In this document: in pieces, positions 1 through 12,700 of the stretch
How positions within the stretch are numbered: position 1 is the stretch's first letter
Layout: the number at the start of each line of letters is the position of its first letter
From: Antedon mediterranea
Taxonomy: Eukaryota; Animalia; Echinodermata
NCBI RefSeq assembly: GCF_964355755.1
Contig: NC_092679.1
Location: 5,734,201 to 5,798,200 of the forward strand
Length of the DNA stretch: 64,000 bases
Direction: 5' to 3'
Made by a program: the position numbers and the translations under genes
Notes under the pieces: generated by a model
Database searches by the model: none
What the model was told of the DNA's origin: nothing
What the model saw: the letters and a program-made list of their open reading frames with translations, nothing else

Positions 1-311
1 GACATGATCACCGTTTATTTGAGGGGAATTTATTTAAAGATCGCCGTTTATTCGGTGAGTGAACATTGAGGTCAAATATCAAAAGTGATATTATTCTTCA
101 AGTGTACAAAAATACATAGGCCTATATGACAAATTTGAGACAAAAATTAATTCTTTTAAGACCAGTGGTTATCGAAGCATTGTCCTGACGCAAACATTAT
201 TATTATTATTAGCGAACCCAGTCTTTACAGTAAATACAGGGAGTACTATATAATACGTTCGACTATCCTATGATCATGTGTGACAATCTTCAGTTTAAAC
301 CAGGCTATATA

Positions 312-3299
312 CTCTAGTAGCTAGATCAACTTTCGTATGCACTTTGAGGTCCAGAGAATTTGACTTCAGAAATTGGTTTAGGGTGGTCAAACAATCATTT
401 TTGGCTTGGTTACACATTTTGAAAATGTGGCGAAAGGTCAAAAGGTCAGGGTCAAAGGTTATAAAATCAAACACCATTATGTCCTTAAATCTCGACAACC
501 ACTGGTCACAGCGAGGTAATTTTGGTCTTAAATTAATCAGAAGGTATACATTTATATTCAGTCTAATGAAACATTTTAGTCGAAAATGACCGGAAATGCC
601 ATTTCTGACCTTTGACCCATAAACCAGGGCATGTCTGTATCTCCGTAACTATTGGCCGTAGTGACTTGAATTTGGGCTCAAATTGTTCGAAATATACATT
701 TAGTTATTTGTTACACATTTTGAAAAATGTTACAAAAGGTCAAAGGGTCAAGGTCAAGGGTTATTTGAACAAATAAAAAAAGGTACTTGTATCTCGGCAA
801 CCACTGGTCGCAGCAAGACAATTTTGGTCTCAAAATGTTCAGAAGGCATGCATTTATATTCCATCTAATGGGGCATTTTAGTCAAAAATGATCAGAAATG
901 CCATTTCTGACCTTTGACCCACATACCAGGGCATCTTCATATCTCTGTAAGTACAGGTCGTAGAAACTTAAATTTGGTATCAAATTGTTCGAAATATACA
1001 TATTTACATTCATTGTAATAGAAAATGTGGTTAAAAGATGAACAGAAATACTATTACTAATGTTTCAAACAAAAAACATATCTACACAACTTATCATTAG
1101 ACAGTAATGTTATGCAATAACTGATACTTTAAATTGTTTTAATTTCAAGTTATTGCTGTCCCCGAGGACATTTTGATAGAAACGTTAAGCTCAACAGTTC
1201 TTTTCAGAATGCTAGAAGTAACTTGCCATATGTATCCGATTAAACGCTCCAGGCATTTATTGTTCAAAAGGCTTTTTAGGGGGAAAGGAGGCATCTTTAT
1301 TTGGGGTATAATATGGTAACATGTATAATCAAATAAATACCACCTAGATGTAAAAAAATACTGCACAATTAATATCAAAAAGTGATAAAATTATGTCAAA
1401 ATGCTTGGTAAATTGTAGATTATGGTAGTTAATGAAATGTGTTGACGTGATACAATTATTCTGTAAATGTATGTGGCGGGGCGTTTATTCCACATGGTGT
1501 TCTATTGGAGGGAATGGTGGCGTTTATTTGAAGGAATACTCTAATTTTAATTTTTGTATTTCGTTTCTCAACTGATAAAAGGTACTTTACATGATTCGTT
1601 TTCCTCTTTATGCTTTTTAACGAAATGTTTCTGTCTTTTAAAATAAAAGTGATAGATTCCATTAAATGGATCTTCTCCTCCAGGTGCCAGTATAATGATA
1701 TAAAACAATGACACATCATTATCCTGACACGATTGCACTCATAATGGATCTTCGTTCTATCATCTATTTGTTTGTAACTACAATTTGACAACAATCTTTT
1801 GCATAGTTTTAAATGCCAATACATAGTTTCATTACTATTGTACAATATGTCCAGCTTTCCTGAAAACACCCTTGTGTATTGTAGTACAGTGTTGTAGTAT
1901 GATTTTATCATGATAAACTTCTGATGCTTTTATTGTCAATGCATTCAGTACCTAAAACATGTCAAAGTTTCTAGTGGTATTGATAATAAATCTCCAGAAA
2001 TATATATTGTTTTATTATCTACACTGGGAACAGACGTGTATGTATAAGTTTTGTCGTTGACATTCAAAACTATTATGCAACAGTGTTACGTAATAATGAA
2101 AATGACTTGGTTTATTATTGTGGTCTCCGATACCTTTTATTACATGACTGTACTTCCTCCAGGATAGAATGAGGTTTAATCCCGTTATTATTCTTATTAT
2201 ATATATATATATTTTTTTTATATATATATCTGGGGTGTATTTATTTGATTATACATGTTACCATTATTACACCCAACAAAATAAACACCTTCCCTGAATA
2301 AATAAATGCCAGAGGATTTTATTCGGGTAACTACAGTAAATTACTTCTAGCATTCTCAAAATGTTTGAACGTTCGGGGGTCAACAATACTTTCTAGCATT
2401 ATTATAAGCAAAAGTACAATTATTACAAACAGTAAAGGATTTGTTTTAATTCCTACAGTATAATGAAATCATTAAGCATCAATTATTGCATAACATTACT
2501 GTCTAATGATAAGTTAGGTAGATATGTTTTTCATTTAAAAGATTAGTAATTAATAGTATTTCTGATCATCTTTTATCCAAATTTTCTGTTAGAATGAATG
2601 TAAATAATAATGTGTATTTCTAACAATTTGATACTAAATTTAAGTTTCTACGACCTGTACTTACAGAGATAAGAAGATGCCCTGGTATGTATGTCAAAGG
2701 TCAGAAATGTCATTTTCGGTCATTTTTTACTAAAATGTTTCATTAGACTGAATATGAATGTATACCTTCTGAACATTTTGAGACCAAAATTTACTCGCTG
2801 TGACCAGTGGTTGCCGAGATACAAATACCTATTTGTGTTTATTTATATAACCCCTGGCCTTGACCTTTTGACCTTTTGTAACATTGTTCAAAATGTGTAA
2901 CAAATAACTAAATGTATATTTCGAACAATTTGAGCCCAAATTCAAGTCACTACAGCCAATAGTTACGGAGATACAGACATGCCCTGGTTTATGGGTCAAA
3001 GGTCAGAAATGGCATTTCCGGTCATTTTCGACTAAAATGTTTCATTAGACTGAATATAAATGTATACCTTCTGATTAATTTAAGACCAAAATTACCTCGC
3101 TGTGACCAGTGGTTGTCGAGATTTAAGGACATAATGGTGTTTGATTTTATAACCTTTGACCCTGACCTTTTGACCTTTCGCCACATTTTCAAAATGTGTA
3201 ACCAAGCCAAAAATGATTGTTTGACCACCCTAAACCAATTTCTGAAGTCAAATTCTCTGGACCTCAAAGTGCATACGAAAGTTGATCTAGCTACTAGAG
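312..3299. mobile_element. Foldback-type non-autonomous DNA transposon with ~800-bp terminal inverted repeats and TA flanks
   Basis: Left end TA|CTCTAGTAGCTAGATCAAC (312) is the reverse complement of right end GTTGATCTAGCTACTAGAG|TA (3299). The arms ~312-1130 and ~2472-3299 are near-identical in their outer half, so the same ORFs appear on opposite strands. Each arm holds a diverged ~300-bp internal direct repeat. No recognisable transposase in the spacer. Confidence 0.85.
1225..2338. mobile_element. Possible decayed pogo/Tc1-like non-autonomous element nested in the foldback spacer
   Basis: Subterminal GCGTTTATT/GCATTTATT-type motifs (1253, 1480, 1520) face AATAAACAC/AATAAATGC motifs (2280-2310), and the end reads TTATTCGGGTAACTACAGTA. 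The foldback arm similarity (AGAATGCTAGAAGTAA vs TTACTTCTAGCATTCT) stops right at these borders. Confidence 0.35.
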
Positions 3300-3424
3300 T
3301 AATATTTATGTTCAATCTTTTACTTTTGTTTACAATAATGAATAGTAATTCGTCAAAGTAACGAATTAAAATATAGTTATTAATTCCTATTATACACTGT
3401 TGCAGAGTCAGGTTGTTGAATGGT

Positions 3425-4085
3425 CTGGGTGGTAGTTGTCCGTCCGGGGGGTAGTTGTTCTAAAGGGATAGTTTTCTGGGTGGTAGTTGTCCAGGGGTTA
3501 GTTGTCCTACGGAGGTAGTTGTCCTAAAATATTATTTGCCCTCGGAGTATTGTCCAGGTCCAGGAGGTAGTTGTCCTACGGGGAGTATTGTGTCAGAGGT
3601 AGTTGTCCGCGGGGTAATTACCCGGGGGGGGGGGATTGTCAGGGGGTAATTGTTCCTAGGGGATAATAGTCCGGGGGTAATTGTTCCTAGGGGGTAATTG
3701 TCCGGGGGTTAGTTGTCCAGGGGTTAGTTGTCCTACGGAGGTAGTTGTCCTAAAAGATTATTTGCCCTCGGAGTATTGTCCAGGAAGTAGTTGTCCTACG
3801 GGGAGTATTGTGTCAGAGGTAATTGTCCGGGGGGTAATTGTCCGGGGGGTAATTGTCCGGGGGGTAATTGTTCCTAGGGGGTAATTGTCCGGGGGGTAGT
3901 TGTCCGGGGGGTAGTTGTCCTAAGGGGGTTGTTGTCCTAAGGGGGTAGTTGTCCGGGGGGTATTTGTCCGGGGGGTAGTTGTCCTAAAGGGGTAGTTGTC
4001 CTAAGGGGGTAGTGGTCCAGGTGGTGGTTGTCCGGGGGGTAGTTTTCCGGGTGGTAAATGTCCAGGGGGTGAATATCCGGATACG
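3425..4085. repeat. G-rich ~15-bp minisatellite (GGGGGGTA[GA]TTGTCC)n
   Basis: Dozens of imperfect GGGGG(G)TAGTTGTCC/TAATTGTCC units, including a duplicated ~130-bp higher-order block (about 3485-3610 vs 3712-3830). Strong G-strand bias. Confidence 0.9.
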
Positions 4086-4429
4086 GAAAAAATGATCGTA
4101 CAGATATCGTTTTTGTCCATGATTTGCGTTTAAAAAAAAGGGGAATCCCCCCGGTCAGTGAAAACACGTAGCAGTTGTAGATATCGAAAAAGCTGCCAAA
4201 GGCGCAGGGAGGCGCAGCTACGAATTGTTTTCAATTGTGCAATTTGAAATTTTATTAAACGTAAATAAAAGAAAGTTGGTAAAATCATTCCTATTTTTTT
4301 TGCTAAATATATTATTGTCTAAATATTAATATTAATTAAAAGTCAGAATTATTTATAGTTAAAAAATTGTGAAGAAATATTATTTTATCAATCCCATTCA
4401 TTTGCACTTTTTGCGTTCCATACTTTAAC

Positions 4430-4575
4430 GGGGCCGAGTTGACCGATTATTTTTTGGCCGAGTTGACGTGAGGCCGAGTTGACTTGAGGCCGAGTTGACT
4501 TGAGGCCGAGTTGACTTGGGGCCGACTTGACTTGGGACCGACTTGACTTTGGCCGAGACGGTTTGACTTGGATCG
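4430..4575. repeat. ~15-bp tandem repeat (GGCCGAGTTGACTTG)n
   Basis: About 8 imperfect GGCCGAGTTGAC/GGCCGACTTGAC units ending in GACTTGGATCGAAATCG. Probably the subterminal array of a non-autonomous element. Confidence 0.85.
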
Positions 4576-4805
4576 AAATCGTCTTGTCCATCCATCATAA
4601 GACCAATAAGCCAATAATTACGAATGCTTATGCTTTGAATATGTTTGTATGTAAAATTGTCAGGTCTATAAATTAATGGTGGCACCATATTTTTATATGC
4701 TATTATTTTCGATCCATACCTTTTTTCAACTCAAACAATCAATAATCTCCTCCTCTCAGGAGAAAGTACATTTTTGGAAATTTGAATAATAAATATATGT
4801 CCAAT

Positions 4806-7800
4806 TAATGACGCAAAGTATAAAATCCCATAATAGTACAATTAGTAACTAACCATGGAGTAAACTCAGCTACTAGTACTAATACTAATAATAGGATGTA
4901 AAGTAATGAAAAAAATATGTTGCCATTTTTTTTTAAAAGCTTAAGGGTGTCAAATCCAAGATGGCCGCCAATACGTAAAATATCCAATAAATGTACCATA
5001 TTGGACAAAGTAACACCCATTATGAATAATATTTTAAGTTCATATGGGTTCTCTGCTATATAAGAATTATTATAAACCTATATTCATAGTATTCTGACAT
5101 TTTGAATTTCAAAATGGCCGCCATTTTTTTAAAATGGATTAAATTTCTTATTAAAACATGTGCAAGTTATGACATTGATTGAAATCACATAAAATGATAG
5201 GCCTATGGCAACAACATTGGTGATTAACACAAAATGGCGGCCATTTTGAATTTTAAAATGGCCGCCATTTTTAAAAAATGGGTTAAATTTCTTATTAAAA
5301 CTTGTATATGTTAAATAAAATTAGATTGAAATACACAAAATGATATGCTTATGACAACAACATGGTGATTAACACAAAATGTTGACCATCAGGAGGTCTA
5401 CAGTACTGACAGTAGGCCTACACTTCTTCATATTAAAACATCTCATAAACTTCTTCAGTTAAATGACAACTAACTCTGCCAAAGTCCTTCAATGAAATAT
5501 TTCTAATCTTGAATGCGATACAGTAAGTTGACCTTCCTCCGTTCTCTACTACTGTATCCATCAAACTTCCACAGACTGATCTGCGTTCCCAACAACCTTG
5601 TTCAGAAACAAATTGGCAAAATAACTGAAATACCTCATTTCACCGGCAAATAATCTCTATTACTTTGATAAGTTTGTGACCTGTATTCACCGTCATATAT
5701 ATTTTTTGCCGATATTCGTCTTTTTCTTAGGATACCATATAGACAGTTTGCCTTCTACAAGACTTTTACCAATGCCTCAAACATTTTCTGTCCAATTTCA
5801 TCATGACATGGCCAACAAACACCTTTGTGCGAATTGCACCATTCTTCATTAATCGGGATATCATCTCTCTTTAAATGTTAGCTAGATTTGCCAGCTCTGA
5901 TGAAATAATTAATTTGTGTTATTCCAATTATACCACGCTCAATGACCCTGATCAATTGATGTAAATACAGCAAGTCCCACACATACATGTCCTCTCATAT
6001 ACATATAGGGATATAGTTTAACCACATCATTTAGATTTCGTCGACTCTCTGTATTCAAGTTAATATCTTTATGATCAGCCTCTTTCAAACAAAATGATAC
6101 TTAACTTAGAATCTCTTTCTCTATCTGCATTTGTAGAAGCAAGTTGTAGAGAGAAAGCAGAATTAGTGTGCTTTTGTCCTTTAGAGATGTTTTCCATTTA
6201 AGATATTTGTGTCACTGGTTGCAAGGTAATACAAGTTCAGTTTCAACAAAAGCACTTGCCTCAACACTATTTTCACAATGATACATGTCCAAAAGCCATA
6301 TAGTTCACCGGGTCGACATAATAATTGCTTTTTGATGTCATCTCTGTCCACCTCCACTCATCTCGGGCAAGAGTCATCACCAGGCATTCTTGTCTTTCCC
6401 TAGTACATGAGTTTTTATACCACAACCATGTGCACTCATCAAACGAGTGTATAATGCTGGTCTGTCTGTAGAGGGTACGCCTACATATCTAATGAAATTG
6501 GTTGAGATTGTAGAAGATGAGAAGTAGGAGTTCATTCATTTACAAGGTTATTTATAGGCAGAGCTGTATCTGTATTTCTTTCAAGCTTCTGCCAAAAGTT
6601 GACAGGTTGAAAACTTACCATCCATACTGGTGACTATGGCCCTGAAGGTTCAGACATTGATTTCACAATAAGGTATAAATGCACTTGTTTTATATTGTGG
6701 TCCTGTCTCCTGTCAAGTTTCAGTTTCATGAAAAGAAATGAGATCTGTAATTTAGAATCCGTATATATAAATTCTGACATAGGCGAGCACAATGGAAAAA
6801 CTTTGGAACAAATTTCTGCCTTGGATACCTACCTGAACTATCTTAGGTGTACCGCGAAATGTAAAACAGTTTTCACTATTACGATATTGTTCCATATTTC
6901 TATCTTAGGAATATATTATAAAGAGTTTTAAAACAAAATTTCTGATTCATTGGTAGATTTTCAACTCAATTTCAATTGTACGCGGTCAAAATAATTTCCG
7001 GATTCACGATGAGTTCACAGGTTCACCTTGCAACAACTACCTGGTTTCAGTTAAGTTGGTCGTTAGTGGCTATAGCTATTTTAGTTTTTTGTTTATTTTC
7101 AGATCGGACCGCGCGTGTGAAGGTACAGTAGTTAAAAAATAAAATCCCGATAGCCGAGTTTTATTGAGTAAGCTGGCAGGAATAACTGTAGGCTATCTGT
7201 GTCCCATTAGGGCCCATATTGCAAGCCGTCTAAAACATCTTCCTTCTTGGGCCGAAACGGCCTACACTGTCGCGGAAGTTAAGTTTCAAAAGATGTTTAA
7301 ATTAAATAATGTATTATGATGGTATTTATTTGAATAAACGCCTCCACAATAAAACATCACTTTGAATAATAATCGCCTATACCGCCCCCCCCCCCCACCC
7401 TCCTATTTATATACTATTTATAATAGAATTCATTACACTGTTAACTATAATTTTTTACCAAGCATTTATTATAATTTTTTACCACTTTTCATATCTATTA
7501 GAGGATTTTATTTGATTATAAATGTTACGATATTATTAAAACTAAAAAATACTTTTGCAACTCCAACTTTGAACGATTATTTAATTTAATAGTCATAGTG
7601 GGGTATTATATATCTGTTATATAGAGGACATTGACAACTTTAGACAGCGTTATATTTACAATTTACAATCCTGTGAGAAGTGACAATTTTAGAACATTGT
7701 GTACTAACAACAATTTATGCACACATATTTAAAAAAAAATTATTTAAAGAATTTAATTTTTAGTGGCGGCCATTTTGAAATCCAAGATGGCCGACAGATT

Positions 7801-8081
7801 ATCGCTTTACATAGTTAAGATTGTATAATGGGTACAGTAATACCATCAAAATGGACTTTTTCCACATTCATAATTTGTATTATAGGTGATATTCTGATTT
7901 TTAATAGGGTTATTTGAATGTTGGCGGCCATCTTGAATTTGGTCCTTTAAATTTCTTTTGAAAAAATGGCAACATATTTTTTTTCATTCCTTATATTATC
8001 AAGATATGAAATAAAGTCAAAGTTTGCTTTTAACAAAAAATATACACGACATTCATATAAACGACATACCAGCCTACACTA
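4806..8081. mobile_element. Decayed DNA transposon with imperfect long TIRs, possibly Academ-like
   Basis: AATGAAAAAAATATGTTGCCATTTTTT...CAAGATGGCCGCCAA (~4905-4970) is the reverse complement of TTGGCGGCCATCTTG...AAAAAATGGCAACATATTTTTTTTCATT (~7921-7988). AAAATGGCCGCC motifs recur in both arms. The right end ...CCAGCCTACACTA fits the TAG...CTA termini of Academ. The interior (~5380-7050) is more complex than the flanks but has no long ORF. Confidence 0.5.
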
Positions 8082-8749
8082 AAAGGTGCTTCCAAGTAAT
8101 AACATACACGAATAAATAAAATTACAGTATAGTCATTTTAAATAACTTTTACAGTATATTTATTAATTTATTTTTATTTTTTTTATTACCAATGTTTAGA
8201 TTATTGATTTATTATCCGTGGATCCCAATAATAAGCCTTTTTTATTTTTGGGCTATCCTGACATCGAAAAATCGTTTATTTTTTAAATATTTATTTACAG
8301 TCATCTCTTAATTCTATTATACTCGACCAAAACAACAACATGCGTTGTATTTGTGCCGCCTGCCCTCTTTTATTCTATACTAAAAAGAGGGCGCAGTTTA
8401 GGCACCTTACCACACACAGCAGTGTAAAGTGTTTGATTTGCCATAACAACACACTTTACCCGAGTTAAGTTTTAAAATACTTCAAATTATGGTTTTTTAT
8501 AAGATTGGTATCATACAAAGTAAGTAGTGATTCTGTAGAAATATTGCTATTCAGCTAATTAGTCTTCGTGGGGGTGTCGGTAAGCCCACCAATTATATAT
8601 ATACAGCAATACAATAGATACGTATGCCTGCCACCGATTTGTACAAACGGAGTAAGTAAACTTACTTTACTCTGTTTGACTTACTCAGAGTAAGTCAAAA
8701 AGACAATCAAATCAAATTGTTTGAGGTGATGGCCTTGTTAAACTTACAA

Positions 8750-9190
8750 CCGCTAATGTAGAAAACGCCAGCTAATGTTGAAACAACGTTAATGTAGAAC
8801 AATCCACCGCTAATTTAGTAAAACCTCCAGCTTATGTAGAAACATCAACAGCTTGGTAAATAAAAATCAACACCAGCTAATGAATGTAGAAACGGTTAAC
8901 TTTGAAGTAACGAAAATTGCCTCCCAGCTTATGTAGTTACTATATATCGCCAGCTAATGTAGAAAATTTTATATATATTTTACAAAAATTTCTAAATCAT
9001 GTGCAAATTGCATCGATCTATACTTAGCTATCAGTATTTCCACCTCTTGTAAGCAACCAACTTTCTAAAACGACCAAACATCGTAAGCAACCATCTAAGG
9101 GACCGCTTCTCATAATCGACCCCCTCTTGTAAGGGATCACCTCTTCTCACAAAGGACCGCTTCGCATAATCGACCACCTCTCGTAAGCGT
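8750..9190. repeat. Two degenerate short-unit arrays (CAGCTAATGTAGAA-like; GACCACCTCTCGTAAGC-like)
   Basis: About 7 copies of [C]GCTAATGTAGAA at 8750-8965 and about 6 copies of GACC[AG]C[CT]TCT[CT]GTAAG at 9040-9190. Typical subterminal repeats of TE remnants. Confidence 0.6.
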
Positions 9191-9455
9191 TTCAATAAAA
9201 AATAACTTTTGGTTTTTAATCTATATGGGCAATCATTAAAATTTATGAAATCACTCGTAAGTCATGTTACGCAAAAATAAATGCTGCACAATTTCATATA
9301 AATGTCCATATGTTGACAAAGTTATGAAATGTTGTGCTAACACATTTTAGAGATACGTGAGCCACAAAAAAGTGACAAAAAGAAAGAAGAAAAACATAGA
9401 AAAAGAAACAGGACGATTACAAGGGCTTATCTGCCGATTGTGTATAACCAATAAA
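9190..9455 (-). mobile_element. Truncated copy of the Helentron-like family found at 20761-23503
   Basis: The reverse complement matches the 5' part of that family: GAAACAGGACGATTACAAGG vs CCTTGTAATCGTCCTGTTTC, and TGTTGACAAAGTTA vs TAACTTTGTCAACA. Confidence 0.65.
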
Positions 9456-9708
9456 AAAGATAAATGAAAAATTTTAATATTATTGAAGTAAAATTTTACA
9501 CTATTTATAATGAAATGAAAATCTACTACTTTTTAATGTTTTTTTTTACAGTGATTGAGATGCAATATATCAAATCAAAATGAACTGATTTTGATTTTTT
9601 TAAGGGTGATTTACATCACAAAGATTCCACAAGAAAACAAGAAAAGTTGCTGATAAATTCTTGATATAAATATTAATTAACTATATACAGCATATTTATT
9701 AAACAAAA

Positions 9709-12700
9709 ATGGAGTGCGAGGAAAGGGACGATCAAGAAGAGAATAATGCCCTTATAAGGGAGTATACAAACTGTATCCTTCAAATGGATAAAGAAGTAGA
9801 GGAGGCAGAAGAAAATGTTGAAGTTAGAAAGGATGTTAATACTGATGAAGTTAAAGATGCACAAAATACTTTAAAACTTGTTAATGATGTAAAGGAAACT
9901 TTGGTTGTAAATAAACCATCTCTTAAAACTTCTAAAGAAGACAAATTTAATCCTATTTTAACTCCTGTTGAGATTGTACCAAAAGACAGTCAGTCATCTA
10001 AATTAACGGACGTTAGTGAAAGAAATAACATTGAAGTTGCTTCTGATTTGCAAAATGATTTCCAAAAACAGAGTAAAAGTTTAGTTAGTTCTGAAGTCAT
10101 TAATGGTGATATGGAGAAAGAAATTGTGCCAGTAAACAATTGTGAAAAAAATAACGTTAATAATCCGGAATCAATCAGTCCGAAAAGACCTAGGAAGTCA
10201 CGAAAAAGTGCCATAATAGCACCAAATATTCCAATGCTTGTAAAAGAGAAAAGTGGAGATTATTTTGTTAAAGAGAATGTTACTAGAGAGCTTCCTAGGG
10301 TCGATACGAATTCAGATTTTACTTACGAGTCTTTGAACGGATCGCAGAGCGAGTTGATACAAGAAGTGATTGAGATCGAACCTCCAGTTTCGATACGTGC
10401 GTTTAAGGAAAGACCTTCCCACGAAAATTTTATTTTATATGGACTACTTACTCCAGCTCTATGTCTTGTTCCTGGAATTGATGGGGTGAGTTCTTTGCAT
10501 TGTAATAAATCTTAATTCTTCTTAAATATGAATTTAATCAGATGTCTTTTTATGAATGTTTTTAATCTATTGCTGTAAAAAAAACAGGTGCTTCATATTT
10601 GATAAGCTTTTTATCCTGTTTAAATATGTTTTTAAATAAATAAATAAATGATTATATTTAGTTGTATAAACAATTTTACAGCATGTTGGAAAATTATACT
10701 TATTTATAAATTCCTAAATCATAGAATTTAAAAAGAAAAAATAACATGTTAACAACAATGCATTAGAATTTGTTCAAAACCAAAGTTAAGAAAGGTCTTA
10801 AAATGGTACTTATCTGCAAAAGATAATATTGATCATTCCAACACTAACGTCACTGGCTACTTGTACTTTGAACGTCCATTTTGAACTTTTACTTCATTGT
10901 TTATTGCAACTTATTTTAATTTTGTTTACATGGCCTGATCATCAGTTCTAGATTTATTATTTTATTGACATTCCATGAATATTTGATTATATTATAAATG
11001 TTGTGTTAATTCAATAACAGATCTGGATTTTATTGCTAATATTTGTACATGTTTCTAATGTTGATTAAACCTATTGTTAATACATACTGTAATATTTTTA
11101 CATATTTTTACATTTCACTATTTTTTCACATATATATATATATAATATTTTTACAATATTTTTTACATTTCTGATGTTTCTACATATTGTTACATTTCAC
11201 TATTTTGTCACATTTATATTATTTTTACAATATTTTTACATTTCTGATATTTCTACATATTTTTAAATTTCTATTTTTTTAAACATATTTTCACATTTCT
11301 ACATATTTTTTTCATGTTTTTACATTTCTAATATTTCTACATATTTTTACATTTCTAATATTTTTACATTTTCACATTCTAAGATTTCCTACACATTTTT
11401 ACATTTCTAATATTTTTACATTTTCACATTCTAAGATTTCCTACATATTTTTACATTTCTAATATTTTTACATTTTCACTTTCTAAGATTTCCTACATAT
11501 TTTTACATTTCTAATATTTTTACATTTTCACATTCTAAGATTTCCTACACATTTTTACATTTCTAGTATTTTTTTGTATTTTCACATTCTAATATTCTAT
11601 TAAACATTTTCTAACATTTTTACATTTTCAAATATTTTTATTATATTTTAAAAATTATTTTAAAAACCAGCATGATGCATTGACTAAAAGCTTTACAGAA
11701 TTACATGGCGAGAATCGTGAATTGAAATTAGCGGCAGCACACATTGAAGATGCCCTCAGTGGAAGGGGAAAATATGGCAAGGCATGGTCGTATTTCAAAG
11801 ATAAATTTGGACGATGGTAAAGTATAAAATACTTTATAATTAATGGCTGGTTTTCCGCCGTCAATTTTGAAAATAGATATTTAATTATTTTTTACTTTGG
11901 CATTCAGTTTTGTATTTGTTTATTATTTAGTCCTGCAATTTCTTAAATGAAAAATTGTAAATGTAATCAGAGTCTGTGGTTTGAATTGAATCCTCGGAGA
12001 TCAACCTGTAAGTTGTTTTCTCTACACCTTAAGGACTCTTGATCGACTTTAGTCATCAAGTACAGTATATTAAAGAATAGGGTGTTCTAGTCTCGTAATG
12101 GCCCACTTGCCCGGCACAAATACATCTTCATACATCTGTGACAATGAGAATAATACAAAAATAATAATTCAATTCATCTTTTAATGGTTTAATTCATATA
12201 AAAATACGCTCAATTCTCCACCACAAGTAGACTTGCTCCAAGTCTGTATTTATTGTCTTTTTTATGTCATTCCACACGTCGTCGTTTTGATTTTTATCCA
12301 CACTCATATAATACACGTATGAAACGCCATATGTGCAAAAATATTTATATTTTTACTAATATTAAGACGAAAACTCTGTCTGGAGCTCAGACTACACCAC
12401 AAGGTAATGAAGGCACTTTTGGACAGTTTTGGACATAATTACGACGGACGTACAGATGACATACTTGATTCTTTGTCTCTAATTGACTTGATTATTAATT
12501 TACAGGTGCTTTACGATGATAGAGAGTAGTTGGTTTAATCGTCTGGTTTTGTTTATGACTGTAGTTCATCTAATATTAACATTTTTAGAACCACCAGGAG
12601 ATGTGTAAGTAGTTACAGTAATAAAGATTGTCCGTAATACAAGTATTTTGAGATTTAGGCTGTAGACCAAGTTGTGCTTTAATGTATTGTAGGCCTTCGG

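Noticed and set aside
1456-1911. 151-aa ORF as the foldback transposase
   Set aside because: No DDE, HTH or zinc-finger motif can be recognised; composition fits a chance AT-rich ORF.
295-3361. Duplicated 67-97-aa ORF pairs on opposite strands
   Set aside because: They mirror the inverted arms of the foldback element and show no recognisable protein features.
9709-10515. Stand-alone 268-aa gene
   Set aside because: A good donor (GGG|GTGAGT) at 10485 splices in frame to the channel exons, so it is better read as exon 1.
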